Assembly (NCBI GenBank): GCA_965603825.1
Contig: CBFDEM010000029.1
Location: 62,001 to 126,000, forward strand
Origin: Blepharisma stoltei ATCC 30299
Lineage: Eukaryota; Protista; Ciliophora
DNA length: 64,000 nucleotides
Direction: 5' to 3'
The position numbers were made by a program, and so were the translations under genes. Of this stretch, positions 46,689 to 59,004 are shown piece after piece. Numbering within the stretch: the stretch's first letter is position 1; each line of letters starts with the position of its first letter. Under the pieces are notes generated by a model. The model did not search any database and was not told the DNA's origin. It worked only from the letters and a program-made list of their open reading frames with translations.

Positions 46689-49394
46689 ATGGCGAAGAAT
46701 AAAGGAAATGCCGAATCGGGAAAAGACAAGAGTGCTTTCTTAAGGAATGGAAAAGTCAACATGCCAGTGGCGAAATATAACGCTTTTTGGACTGAAAAAA
46801 TTCAAATTGGTAACTATATTTTGGGGTTAGTCAAATATCTAATTGATTGTGAGAAGCTCAAGAAAATATCTGGTGTTTCAATGGAGCAGGCATTAGCAAC
46901 CCTTTATTTCCTAGTCATTTCTGAATCATACTCGCCCAGCGATGAAAAATTCCTAGCTTCTTTATCAGAAGCCCGTCAACGCTGGGAAAATCATAGGACT
47001 AATCATCCTACATTAAATTTGATGTTTGATGAAATAATGACATGCGTTTTGAGAATTCCCAATGAAAGAGAAGAAATTATCCCATTGATTATCACACATG
47101 CAACCAAATTCCAGCCTCCAATTAGAGATTTTGAAGATATAAACTACTTGAACTATCTTGGCCAAGAAATTAAAGTTGAAACTCCTCAAGATTTGCAAGT
47201 TCACTTAGGCAGTGGGAGTATTCATCTGTCTCCGAACCCAAAGTTTTCGATACTTGACTGTGGAGAATTGACTATGGTTTATACTTTCTTGAAAAATTAT
47301 ATAAAAACAACGTCACACATGCCTGTGAGTTTTCTTGATATTTTTCATAGAAAAATCCAAGAAATTATCATTTCTGTAAGATCGAGCAACCCAAGAGTTG
47401 CTGAAGCGTCTTTGCTGCCTGTTTTGCATATTTTGGAGCAGCTTATTACAAGGTATCCAATTATGAATTATGAGGCAATTGAATCTTTGATATTGGAAAT
47501 TGATGTTCTTCGAAGGTGGCCTATTCCTTATGGGTCTTCTGCAGATAGACTTGTAGAGCTTTTAAAAGATGAAATGAAATCTCCGGGGAATTCAATGATA
47601 AATAAGCTAAGGGAGGAATTCCCTATGATTGATGCATGCATTCCATTATTTGAAAGCTCTTATGATACCTATCAAAAACAAGAATTCAGACGAGCCAATG
47701 CTTTTGTATTTTTAGATATCAATGAAAGTCCAGAAGTTGGACTCTTTTATAAATTATCATTGCTCAATCGAAAACACAGAGAAGAAAAATTAAGAGATAT
47801 TATTCAAAATGTTGATATGGGAAGGACTATCAATTTCACAGCATTTCAGAGCCATGTTTTACGATTAATGATCATTCTATTTGTCTTTTCCAATCATCAC
47901 GATATTAACATTCAGGATGTTTCTTATTTGTCTGGGTTAAGTCCTGAAAATGTATTTGACTTATATAAGAGAGTGATACTCATTATTGAAAAAGCTGGAG
48001 AAGTTGAAGTTGAGCATGCTAGAAAGCTTCAAGAAGATTTTTTCTTAGAGCTGCTTGTTGAGATGAATAACTTTTCTTGTGATGATTCAAATCCCTTAAC
48101 AACAGCTCTTTTTACTTATTTGAGTAATTTCAGTATATATACTCCACAATTTCCAATTCACACTATCTCGATTATTGACATTTCGCAGATAGATGAGCCA
48201 TTACCAACTGATACTGATGTCACAAATAGGACAGTGGACGAGTCAATTTTTAACCTCCAAGCAGAAAAATCAGTGAATGAGCCTTTGTATGAGGTGTTTC
48301 AAAGAAGCATAAATCCTGATAATGCTTTTCATATGGCTCCTATCAAAATAGTTTTAACAGGCAGCGACCAAATCATTCATAGGTTTTTAAAAAGCTATGT
48401 TAGACTGCTTGAAAGAAAGAATCCAGATGAAATGGACATTCGTATATATATCGTTCCCACGTATGATGTCTATAATACTCTAGCCCAATATTTATCTACC
48501 ATTGACAGCTGATATCTAAGACACATTTATGTTCCATTCGCATTAAGACCTTGGGTACCTAGGCTAGACTCAAAAGAAGCCATAAAACAAATGAAAAAAG
48601 ACCCACAAGCAAAAGATATTATAAGGAGATCGGTTGCACTTGATCCATCTTCAGATGGAGGATTAAGAGAAGACACTCTTCCTTTCATATACTCAGAAGC
48701 TCTGCTTCAAGACTACATTATGGAAGCATCAAGGACTCTTCCAATATCAATTTATCAAGTGAAATGCTATAAAGGGGAAGTCAATGATGCAACTTTACCT
48801 GATATTGTGATACCCTTCTGCCTACACATAAGAATTGGGATCACTGCAGCAATAAGAAGGTTTCAAGAAAAAAATGAAGGATTCAAAGATAAATCCCCAC
48901 AGGATATAATGGAATGCAAACTTTTCAGATACGTCCCTATACAATTGAATATGAGATTGACGCAAATGGATTTATTTGGGATAGAATATGCTACGACTGA
49001 GTCAGCCACAAGAGTTATTTATAATATGAACATTTCCAATGTGCCATGTGAAAACGATAAAACTACTCCTGCAATCCCAAGCGCTGAGTGGCTTGAGTTA
49101 TCTTATATAGAGCCTGAATCAGCTCAGCAAGAAGCAGCATACATGAAAAGGATAAAAAGCAAAAAGACAGGAGACACTCAGGCTAATGTGAATGTGGCTA
49201 TCTCAACGCTTTATTCTTCGTTGCATATTGGGAGTGGGTATATTGTTATGTCAGACAACTCGAGAGGAATGGATATATTAGTTGATGATGTCCTTTATGG
49301 ACCATTTAGTGGCATTTCGATTGAGCCGCTAAAACAGGAGAATGGATCTGTAATGTATTTACCAGCAATGGTATATTTAGAGCCAGAATTATAA
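46689..49394 (+). CDS. Protein with PI3K class IB adaptor (p101/p87, PIK3R5/6)-like motifs, ~901 aa
   Basis: TGA 48510 links the two ORFs. Motifs WPIPYG...EMKSPG, IVLTGSD, IYIVP and LAQYLSTIDS-W-Y. Confidence 0.6.
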
Positions 49395-49521
49395 TTTAAT
49401 TCTACTATTATATTTGCATAATTTATTTTCAGAATAATTCATAAATCTATAGGAAAAGCAAATCTGAAGAAAAATCTTAATTATTCACAAATTTTTGTGT
49501 AAAGCCGCTTAATATAAATAT

Positions 49522-50475
49522 CTAAAGCTTAGGCCATACCAAAGAGAGAATCTGAAAAAGTTCATTTCCAGGAACTTCCATCTTCCTCATATATAGTGCT
49601 ATAGCGCATAATAATCCATACACTCTTCTATACTTTGTCTTTTTAAGTGACCAAGCGAATTTTGCTACTGACGCAGCATCTCTAATATTCAAAACTGTGT
49701 GCTCAATTCCTTGTTTTTTTGCCATCTTACGAGCAACAGCAGCGTAAGAATCTTTCTTTATCGAGGAATCCGAAAGGTTAAAAGGAAACGGAAGCTTGAC
49801 GACATCCAAAACTCCTTTTTGTTCCAAAACTAAAAAGTCATTTAAAGAATGGGATCCAATTTTCCCAAAATCTAAGCAGTCTGAATACTTTTCTCTGATT
49901 TCTTGAATGTTTGGCAAAGCACTCAAAATGCTATCAGTACAAATTCTTCTGTCTTCTGATGGGACTTTTAGAGTGATTCTAAATCTTTCATATAAAACTA
50001 AATATAGCCAAGTCGTAAGAGCTTTTGTGCTTTCGTATTTCTGGTTATTTAGACTTCTGATATTTTCTAAAAATTGAGCTCTTATGTTATCTTTAACCCT
50101 CAATACAAAAGGTTTTCTTGAAAACAATAAAAAGTGGTAGGAAGGGATCAGTCTCACCCTGGGTGGTCCAACTTGTAAGCAGGTCTCACTGTCAACTAGT
50201 ACTGCAACGTGGTCAAAATAAGAATATGCCATTGTCCTTAAAGATGTGTAAGCTCTTCCAGGTGTTTGTGTCTGAATAGCGATTACCATTATAATATCTC
50301 CTGGAAGGAGAGACTTTGCGAGTGAAATTGCAGCTTCTTTTTGGTCTTCAGGAATAGGCTTTTTATAGGACACCAAAAGACTATCAGGTGCCAAAATGCT
50401 GTGGATACTTTCTAGTGTAGCTCTGTGTAGAGTTTACTTAAAAACTGCTTCATTTAGATCTTCCATTTTTCTCAT
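49522..50475 (-). CDS. Permuted papain-like NlpC/P60 (YiiX/C92-like) protein, ~307 aa, 2 introns
   Basis: LLPGDIIM|TQTPG, FDHVAV (His), ICTD (Cys, downstream of His = permuted order); ends WPKL. Confidence 0.65.
50272..50286 (-). other. 15-nt stop-free intron candidate GTAATCGCTATTCAG
   Basis: GT-AG, A at position 10; removal gives PGDIIMTQTPG. Confidence 0.6.
50423..50437 (-). other. 15-nt intron GTAAACTCTACACAG
   Basis: GT-AG, A at position 10; removes an in-frame TAA and links to the upstream ATG. Confidence 0.75.
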
Positions 50476-50903
50476 CTTGAAAGATTATAAAGCAAACTAT
50501 TTATTAAATACATATTTATTTATATATTCACCATTTAATTATATATTTATTTGTAATAATTAAAAAAAAACTTTCAGTGTCATAAAATGGCTAATGCTAA
50601 AATCAATAAATATAAAATAGTTTTATTCTCAGATAAAATCTAATAGTATTCCATTTAAAATATCAGCCAGAATTATGCAAGCTCGTATAATCTTTAATCT
50701 TACACATTTAATGCATTAAATCAAATTTAAATCAAATTATTTCCATTTTAACCTGATCAGATTATTAAAAAATCCCTCGAGATTCTATTATTAATTTTCA
50801 TAATAATTATTAATATAGCCTAGTATTCTTGCCAAACCGATTAAGCTACAAATAAGCCTACCATTATTTAAATTATAAGCTTCGATATAGTAATAATATA
50901 GAC

Positions 50904-52664
50904 ATGATAAAAATCAACCCCAAAATCTGCAATTCTTTCCTTGGAATGCAATCGATGAAATCATCTTGCGCTTATTCCATATGCCAAAACTCTTCTACAG
51001 ACTATGATACTTGCCCAAAATGCAACTCCACAAGATATTGCTCTCAAAATTGCCTTAGAAAAGATTGGACGGCATCTCATCAATTTACTTGCAGTCAACA
51101 TAAGACTGCTATACAGGACTATATAGAGGATAGAGAGACTAAAATTCTGGGAAAAGGCTCATACGGAGAAGTAAAACTTGTAAAAAACCCAACATCAGGT
51201 CAGTATTTTGCCTTAAAGCAAATAAACAAAGAGCGATTAAAAAGCGATTCTTCTTTATTAGTGATGCTTAGAGAAATAAATATCCATAAAGCTTTAAAGC
51301 ATCCCAATGTAATTCAACTATTCCAGCACTTTGAAGATGATAAAAACGTCTATATTTTATTAGAATATGCTCCGAATGGGTCTTTATTTAAATTAATCAA
51401 AAAGCGCCAAGGCCTTTCCGAAGAAATTGCATGGCATTACTATACGCAAACTTGTGTAGGTCTCAAATACTTGCATGATAACCATATAATTCATCGGGAT
51501 TTAAAGCCAGAAAATCTGCTACTCGATCAATATGGCAATGTAAAAATCTGTGATTTTGGATGGTGCGTGCAGAGTACTGAGCAGAGGCAGACTTTTTGTG
51601 GAACTTTGGACTATATGGCCCCAGAAATGATTTTAGAAAAAGGGCATTCTTTTGAGCTAGATATGTGGGCAATTGGGGTGCTCCTCTATGAGCTATTACA
51701 TGGATATCCACCTTTTCGAGCAGTTAGAGATACTGATAAGTGCCAACAAATTTTGCTACCCAAATTAACTTTTGACCCAAAAATCAGTCCTGAAGCAGCT
51801 GATTTAATTAAAAATTTATTAAGAACAAATCCAGAAGAGCGCTTACAGCTGAATGAAGTGCTAGCACATCCATGGATTGCTAGATACGCTCCTTCCATCA
51901 ATACTAATGTGAATACAAAAGCAATTCATCCTGAGTATGGCCTTGGAGTGATAACCAATATAGAAGGTCTACTATGTACAATATTTTACCATGATAAAAA
52001 TTTCACTCAATATTTAGCTGTTCCTGATATCCCGTATATATTAGAAATACAGCCAAACGATCAAAAAGAAACCCTCCTACAAGAAATAGAGTCCCTAAAA
52101 AGCATTGATTCAGAAGCTTCATCTTTAACTAGAGAAAAAAGGCTTTTACATAGAATCCATAAGTGATGCAAAGCTCCTGTCAAGAGAAAAAATAAATTTG
52201 AAAGGAAATTAAGAAAATCAATTAATCTAAAGGAAAAAAACTTTAAAATAGCTTTGAAATTAGAATTAGAGAGATTTTCAGGGGAAAGCAGAAGCGAAAT
52301 GAGAAGCAGCAATCAAATATCGGACGGCTCATCTGTCATCGATATAAAAGCGTTAAAATTCGTTGATCTAAGAGAACAAAAATCGTCTACGTCTAACAAT
52401 TGTGATGGGAAAACAACTGAAATGACTGGAGACCAAAGCCAAAAAGCCTACCAAAATGATAAAGAGATCAAGGAATTCAATCAAAGCCTCGAGCAGCAAA
52501 GAGAAAGAGAATGCAGAGACTTCAAAAGGTTTCTCAAAACAAATTCAATTGGCTGCCAAACAAGAGATAGCAAAGGAAAGACACCGAATCAGCAAAAATC
52601 TGGAATTACCCACTGGTTCACTGCGATTTTTGGCTGTGTTGAGAGAAGACGTACAAGAGAATAA
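50904..52664 (+). CDS. MYND zinc finger + Aurora-like kinase, ~586 aa
   Basis: CPKCNSTRYCSQNCLRKDWTASHQFTC; REINIH, ICDFGWCV, RQTFCGTLDYMAPEMI; TGA 52164 read through. Confidence 0.85.
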
Positions 52665-52845
52665 TGTAAGCTACTTAATGATCATTATTTCAGAAAATTA
52701 TAATAGTGTCATCAATGACAGAGAGATTCCTACTCATCATAATAGTTATGAATCCATTTATAAGGAATCTCTAACGTAAACAACCATAATTGTTTAACAG
52801 TTAATTTGGGTTGCTTTGCAACTGGTTTTTCTTTAATTTATTGAA

Positions 52846-53006
52846 GGCGGGGAGGCGACGAGCGCACGTCCCCACTGCCAGAAATTTAGTAGTCAGCTAT
52901 CCCAAGCGGGAAGCTGTAGGGCTTTACAGACATCAGTGTTCAAAGGACCTGCTCCACCCTAAGTGATCATACTGCTTGATCTATGACTCACTCCAACCAG
53001 GTAAGT
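52846..53006 (-). ncRNA. U1: U1 spliceosomal snRNA
   Basis: 5' ACUUACCUGG; SL-I with loop GAUCAAGCAG; SL-II, SL-III; Sm site AAAUUUCUGG; GC-rich terminal SL-IV; ~161 nt GC-rich island in AT-rich intergenic DNA. Confidence 0.93.
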
Positions 53007-53026
53007 GAATTTAGCTCCTACCGCCC

Positions 53027-53064
53027 TTTTTATAATAATTTTCCATCTTAATTTGTTATGGGAC
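53027..53064 (-). promoter_or_regulatory. U1 upstream element (GTCCCATAAC at about -49 to -58) and TATAAAAA at about -25
   Basis: CCCATAA core resembles the ciliate snRNA/telomerase-RNA upstream sequence element at the expected distance. Confidence 0.6.
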
Positions 53065-53125
53065 CATTTTAAATTTATTTATTCACAGATTTTTGAAATT
53101 ATTATCATAAAATTATATATAAAGT

Positions 53126-54856
53126 TTATTTTGGTATTTTCACTCTTCTTGATGACAGAGGTGTATATTCTCTCAAAGAAGTTTGGAGCTTAGGGACCTG
53201 GTTCAAAATTTTGGCTTTGCAGCCTAATGCCATTTGTTTTTTCAAGTCTTTGCATGAAGAATCAGACTTTAATGGAGTTTGAACAGGAGTCATGTTAATA
53301 ATTTCATTCATTGACATGTTATTTTCACAATCGTCCTTATATAGAGGCTCAAGGGTTTTGCCTTTGCCGAGCTTTGGCTCAGAGCTTAATGATCGCTTTG
53401 GGTTTTCATCTTCTTCTGATTTTTTCTTGGTTTGAGTCAAATAGATTTTAAGGAATTCTTCAATAAACATATATCCGCCTCCTACTCTTATCACTGGTGC
53501 TCCATTTCTTAAACTTATACTGAACTTTTTATTGCCCAAACTATAGAGTCCTTCTGATATTTTTACAAATGGATTTTTTATTCCAATTTTCAATAAATAG
53601 CCCTTCAGCTCAGTATCAACATCTGTTCTGCTGCTTCTCGAAGTTGATATATTTTCGATTGCCAATTTCAATTGTTCAGAAAGTTCTGAGTTTTCTTCTT
53701 CTTGCTTTATTATTGTTGATTTTAGTTTTTCTAAAGCATCTCTGAATTGGTTATTTTCATATAGCAATTCCTGAGATTGCTGCTGTAAGGACTCGTTTTC
53801 ATTTTGCAAGTTCGAGATTTTGCTATTTAGTGAGTGAATTTGGTTTAAATAGTGCTGCTCACTCACTTTTGTTGCGTTTTCTTTTAGCTGAAACTCAGCA
53901 TTTCGCAGCCTTTCTGATAGAATTTTATTTTTGTCTTCAAGTAACTGATTTTCTTTTTCAAGATGACCATTTGAAGAAACTGTTTTTCCTTCCCATTGGG
54001 CGTGCGCAGAAATTAATGCTTCCTGCAACTTTTTCCTTTCATTTTCTGACTCAATCAGTTTACCTTCCAAATCTTCTTGCTCAGATTTTTGATTAAATTC
54101 GAAGACCCTGTTATTATGTGAAATTTGGTGAGTTAATTTCAAATTTTCACTTTCAAGCTTAATGATTCTCAATTCTAAAGCAGATATTTTTGCTTCAGCT
54201 TTGGATTTTTCCTCTCTAGCCTCCTCAATTTCTTTTATAAGCTCCGATTTTTTCTCTTGAAAATCGTTTAGACACTCGTTCATTTGCTCCCTGATGTCCC
54301 CATAAGCAGTTCTTAACTTTGTTGTTTCTTCTTTGGAAGCATAAAGTAAATCTTTGAGATGGACAGTAAACAGCTCTTTCTGCTCAAGCTCAAGCTTAAT
54401 TGAGCTATTATACGCGAATTTTGCTTCATTTTGAATGTCAGGCATTAATTCTGACACATAATTTTGAGGTGAGCACATAACCGGACTGGTATTTCTAGAG
54501 CATTCGCTTATTTCTCTTCTTTCTATTACAGGGGACAATACTGTTATTTCTGTGATAGATAGAAGAACACATGGAGTGCCGATATCACAATCTAAGGTTG
54601 TTAGTTCAATATATGGGCAGCTGACTGGGAATCATTTCGTTTTATAGCCATGCAATACATTCATAGGAATTTTAAATCCGCAGAGGCCTTCATCTGCTTT
54701 TTGAATTCCAAGAGAAAAGTTTCCTTCCCCATAGATCTCAAAGGTATCGGTGTCAAAAAGCTGCTGCTCGGTGGAATCAAGTGCTATTGTATAATCAAAT
54801 GGACCGTCTCCAAGTCCTTGAACTTCGAGTATGCTTATTTCGAATTTGTACTTCAT
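53126..54856 (-). CDS. Coiled-coil protein with a C-terminal GAR/GAS2 domain (possible N-terminal C2-like region), ~576 aa
   Basis: FVKISEGLYSLGNKK...VIRVGGGYMFIEEFL; TGA 54632 links the ORFs. Confidence 0.8.
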
Positions 54857-55342
54857 CGTTAGACAAATTTAATATTAAAGATTTAACGACATTTTAATAG
54901 AATTTGGAAAAGAAATGTTAAGATTCTGAAAATTTTGCAATTCAATAGTGGCAGCAGCACTATTAAGTGGCTTATTTTTTAAATTAAAAATAATTCTTTT
55001 AATTAATTGATTTATTAACAACAGTTAATTTAGATTTCTATTTAAAAATCTATTCAAAAGACGCAGGTATGAAATCTTCATAACTAAAATAAGATTTAAG
55101 CTAGTGGTGAAGTACCAATTTGACCTTTTTTTGTGATTCATTTCAACAATATGCCTTTTGCAGTATTTCTTTCTAATTGTGATTTAGCGAAGTCTACATT
55201 TCTATTATTTGATAAATAATTAGCTAATAAAAAACTTAACTAATAATTTTTTTGAAATATCTCTATTAAATTATTTTAAATCTTTTTCGGTTTTATCAAA
55301 TTGAATCTTCATCAATATGACTATAACACAAATATCTAAACA

Positions 55343-55894
55343 ATGATCCAGACAAACAGCAAGGTTTTAATAAAGTCTTCGAGCTGTATCAATTTGATGC
55401 TTGATAATCTTCCGCTAGCAGCTTCAGTAAAATCTGAGATTTCATCAAAGAATTTCATTGCTAGAAGAAAAGCTTCCCCTTACTGCAAGGCAAGCATCAA
55501 GACAAGTGAAAAGGAAAAACTTTTAACTAAAATAAGGACAGGCAAAGTCCATTCTAGGTTTTCAGCACCTCCTTCTCAGTCTTCGCCAGTAGCTAAAAAA
55601 CCAAGCCAGAATAAAAAAACACACAAATATATTTCCACCAAATCTAGTAAAGGCGTTATAAGCAAAAAAAAGTCTGTTTCTGGTGTTCCAGAATCAGTGA
55701 AAATGCAAGAAACTGCAAGATATTATGGAAGAAGAGAGAGTGCTTTAACACTGCCTGAATCTTTGAAATTAGTGGAAATTGAGAGCTTCTTGATGACACC
55801 TATAGAGAATAAATCCATAAGGAGACAGATTGTTGAAGAAAATGATAAAAGCTTATTAGATATCATTGAAGATATTGAAAATTTTGTAAGTTAA
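55343..55894 (+). CDS. Basic low-complexity hypothetical protein
   Basis: 183-aa ORF, K/S-rich. Confidence 0.6.
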   Translation: MIQTNSKVLIKSSSCINLMLDNLPLAASVKSEISSKNFIARRKASPYCKASIKTSEKEKLLTKIRTGKVHSRFSAPPSQSSPVAKKPSQNKKTHKYISTKSSKGVISKKKSVSGVPESVKMQETARYYGRRESALTLPESLKLVEIESFLMTPIENKSIRRQIVEENDKSLLDIIEDIENFVS

Positions 55895-56018
55895 ACGTCT
55901 AATTTATTAGTTAATTTAAGTATATTTGGTAAAGTTGTTTATTTTTTATACTTGAGTAGGGGAAAAAGTTTTGGTTTTAATTAAAGCAAATAGAAATGTC
56001 TTGTTACAATAATATCTC

Positions 56019-57824
56019 TTAAAAATATGCATCTCTATAATCGGGTGTTAATAATCTCATATGATTCAGCACTCCTCCAATAGACTTATTTTCTGAAATT
56101 ACTTCAATAACATCTCCAATCCTCTCACCTAGGAGCCTTTTATAATCATAAATATGAATATCTGGAAGAGAGTCCACTCTTTCACATAAAATATAAAGCA
56201 CATTTCTTCCATACCTATAAGTAACCGGATAAAGGCATTTAACTTTTCTCGGAAGTAAATCCACTTGATAAAGCCTCAATAATTCTTCAGTCTCATTTCC
56301 TGAGTATCCTTCAGTTTCAAAAATAAACACATTATCGCTTATTCTCCCTCCAAAAATGGCAAGTTTAGTTGGGGAAACTTGATATAAAGCTGGATTAATA
56401 ACAACATTTGGAAGCCTCAATTCCAGCAGTTGCCATCTATTGAATTCAAAGCTGTACCTTTCTATAGAATTCCCAGCTGCATTTTCAGGCAATCCTCCAA
56501 TGATCAGCATGAATTTTTCATTGTTAAATGTACAAGCAGAAGCTTCACATCTTGCAATGTTTAAACTTGTAATGGGTACTCATGAGTCTTGCTGTATTGA
56601 ATATCTCTCACATGTGTTTCCTGAAGGAATTCCACCCATTGCGTATACATATCCATACCTATATATTAAACAATGTGCAGCTCTTCCTTCTAGCATGCTC
56701 CCTTTTCTTAAAATCACTCCTGAATTTGGGAAAACTTGAAAAGTGTCTCTTCTTGACTTCCCATTATTTGGATCTTTTCCTCCTACAATCATAATACTCC
56801 CGTCTTGCAAGTTTACTAGGCGAGAATTTGTAGGAAACCCTCAATGTTGTCGTTCATAGCCTTTAAATTCATTGATATTATTTAATGTAACAATTTTTCA
56901 GTCTTTTACAATCTCATCGAATTGGTACACGTTTGGGCTGTTTCATTGAACCCAAAAGAGTGTATTTGAGTCTGCGAGACGATTGCCTAAATTTGTGGGA
57001 AGTTGATAAAATTTTGCATATTCTAATAGGAAATTTTCAAGTTCTTGTGCCAAAATTGTATTTTTTAGCATGAGGAGAGAGGTCAAGATGGAGTCAAGTC
57101 TTCTGGCTTGCTTTGAATTATATGAATTTGAGCCTGAGACAAATATACCTTGAAGCTTCCATTTCTTAGAAAACAAAGGAGTCCCTGGCAGTATTAATTC
57201 TTTGGATTTAAAAGTGAAGCTATGATCCGTGATTTCACTCACCAAGCTAGGGACGAGCCGGCCATTTAAGATATTTAAAGTTTCTCCAGGCAGTAATTTA
57301 AATCTATGCCTTGCTTCTAATGGATACCTAATTCTTTCGTCTCCTTCTTGCAGCACTAAGCTAGTGATTGTAATATCTCTTGCCCCATCAGTATAAAAAA
57401 ACTGATTCGGGTCAAGCCTATGAATTTCATTATAAATCCCCATGAATTTGATTTGGCTCATCAGCGCACTTTCTTCGGTTGGAATCACAGAGTGAGTCGT
57501 CAATATCAAATTTTTTGTAATTAAAAACCCTATTCCTCTTGGAGCACCATACCCATTAGATGAGCTATAATTAATCCCAATCCCATGAATTTCAAATATC
57601 CCAGTCATTAATTCGTTTTTTCCCACCTTAGGAAGCCTTTTTTGTTTAGGAGTTTCAGGTTTCAGATAACTCATGATTTCAGGAAATGTAAGCTTTGATC
57701 TGCTTTGGTGGCCGTCTCAAGATTGGCGTAAACTTGCAGCTGGCTGAAATGTGTAACGAGAGCTGTTAAGCAGCCCTGAAGTATTGCTCATCTGCAAAGC
57801 TTGGGGTGGCGATCGTCTTGACAT
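56019..57824 (-). CDS. Degenerate trypsin-like domain + Kelch repeats, ~601 aa, 5 TGA-Trp
   Basis: GIGFLITKNLILTTHSVI, DIT, LPGTPLF; Kelch IMIVGG, VYAMGG..TCERYSIQQDS-W, LIIGG..SIERYSFEFNRW. An in-frame ATG also exists at 57836. Confidence 0.75.
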
Positions 57825-57908
57825 GTTATTTTGCATATAATAATCTCAAAATGTATAAAAATTTCTTTTTACAAATTAGTCTATTAAAGTGGATATAAAC
57901 GTTAAAAA

Positions 57909-58667
57909 ATGGAAGAAAACTTGTCTGACTACGCAGCCTCATCAGAACTTAAACGGTCAATTTTTAGTCAAAATTTGAGTCCAACCCCTCTTAAAGGCTC
58001 CTTGGTAGAATTTCAAGATATGACTTCTATATCAAGCATGATGAGCTCTCCATTTAGAAAAGCTGACCCAAATAATCAAACGCCGTTTGGCAGGTCTATC
58101 CTAAGAGAAAGCGCAGACACCAATACAAGCACAATGCGTTCATTCGGTCGCAGACGTAGCTCTCCAAGAAAATCTCAAACTTCTTTATTTTTAGCTGCAA
58201 AAGCTCGAGATCTTGAGAACGCACGACTGCAAAATCGTTTGCAAGAAAAGCTGAAATCTATTGAAAATGAGTTTAAATCAAGAAAATCCGACACAAATGT
58301 TATTACAAGTAATGATGATCCACTCCCATCACGGCATACACACTCGGTCTCATTATCACAGTTGCCATTCAGTGCAAGTCTTGGAGAATCAAAAGAGGCA
58401 ATATTTATTGATGATGCTGAGGAGGAGTTTGAATTGAAAAATGATGTCCCTAAGCTTGTTTGGTGTGCTTATTGCAAATCAGAGGTTACGACTGAATTAA
58501 TTTATATCAATTCTTCAAAGACCTTTTGGTCAGCAGTTGGAATTTTCTTTATGGGAGGAGTGTTTGGGTGCTTTCTGCTGCCTTATATGACAAATGAGTG
58601 TAAAGCTCCTAGGATTAGATGCCATAAATGTTCTAGACCACTAAATTGTACGAACAGAACTAATTAA
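57909..58667 (+). CDS. LITAF zinc-ribbon domain protein
   Basis: P.LVWCAYCKSEVTT, hydrophobic stretch, GCFLLPY...CK....CHKC. Confidence 0.85.
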   Translation: MEENLSDYAASSELKRSIFSQNLSPTPLKGSLVEFQDMTSISSMMSSPFRKADPNNQTPFGRSILRESADTNTSTMRSFGRRRSSPRKSQTSLFLAAKARDLENARLQNRLQEKLKSIENEFKSRKSDTNVITSNDDPLPSRHTHSVSLSQLPFSASLGESKEAIFIDDAEEEFELKNDVPKLVWCAYCKSEVTTELIYINSSKTFWSAVGIFFMGGVFGCFLLPYMTNECKAPRIRCHKCSRPLNCTNRTN

Positions 58668-59004
58668 ATATTAATTTTTGTCATTAAATATCAGTCATAG
58701 CCATTTATTTAGCATCTCTTGGCAGATTTCTGATACTAATCTAGCTAAGGCTTCTTTTATTTACTAACACAAGAGTATGGACTCAGAATTAATATTTCAA
58801 TATCCATATAAATTAAATTCAAATTTATACACTATGAGTATATATTACATTCTAAACAGGATGAATGGCTACAAATAACACAAAAATAAATCAAAATGCT
58901 TCTTATTTGGCTTCCTATTTCTTAGTGGAATAAGATCATAAATTAATATAGCAAAGCATTTATAACTGTTAATCAAATATTTTCTTTATAATTTTATTTA
59001 ATAA

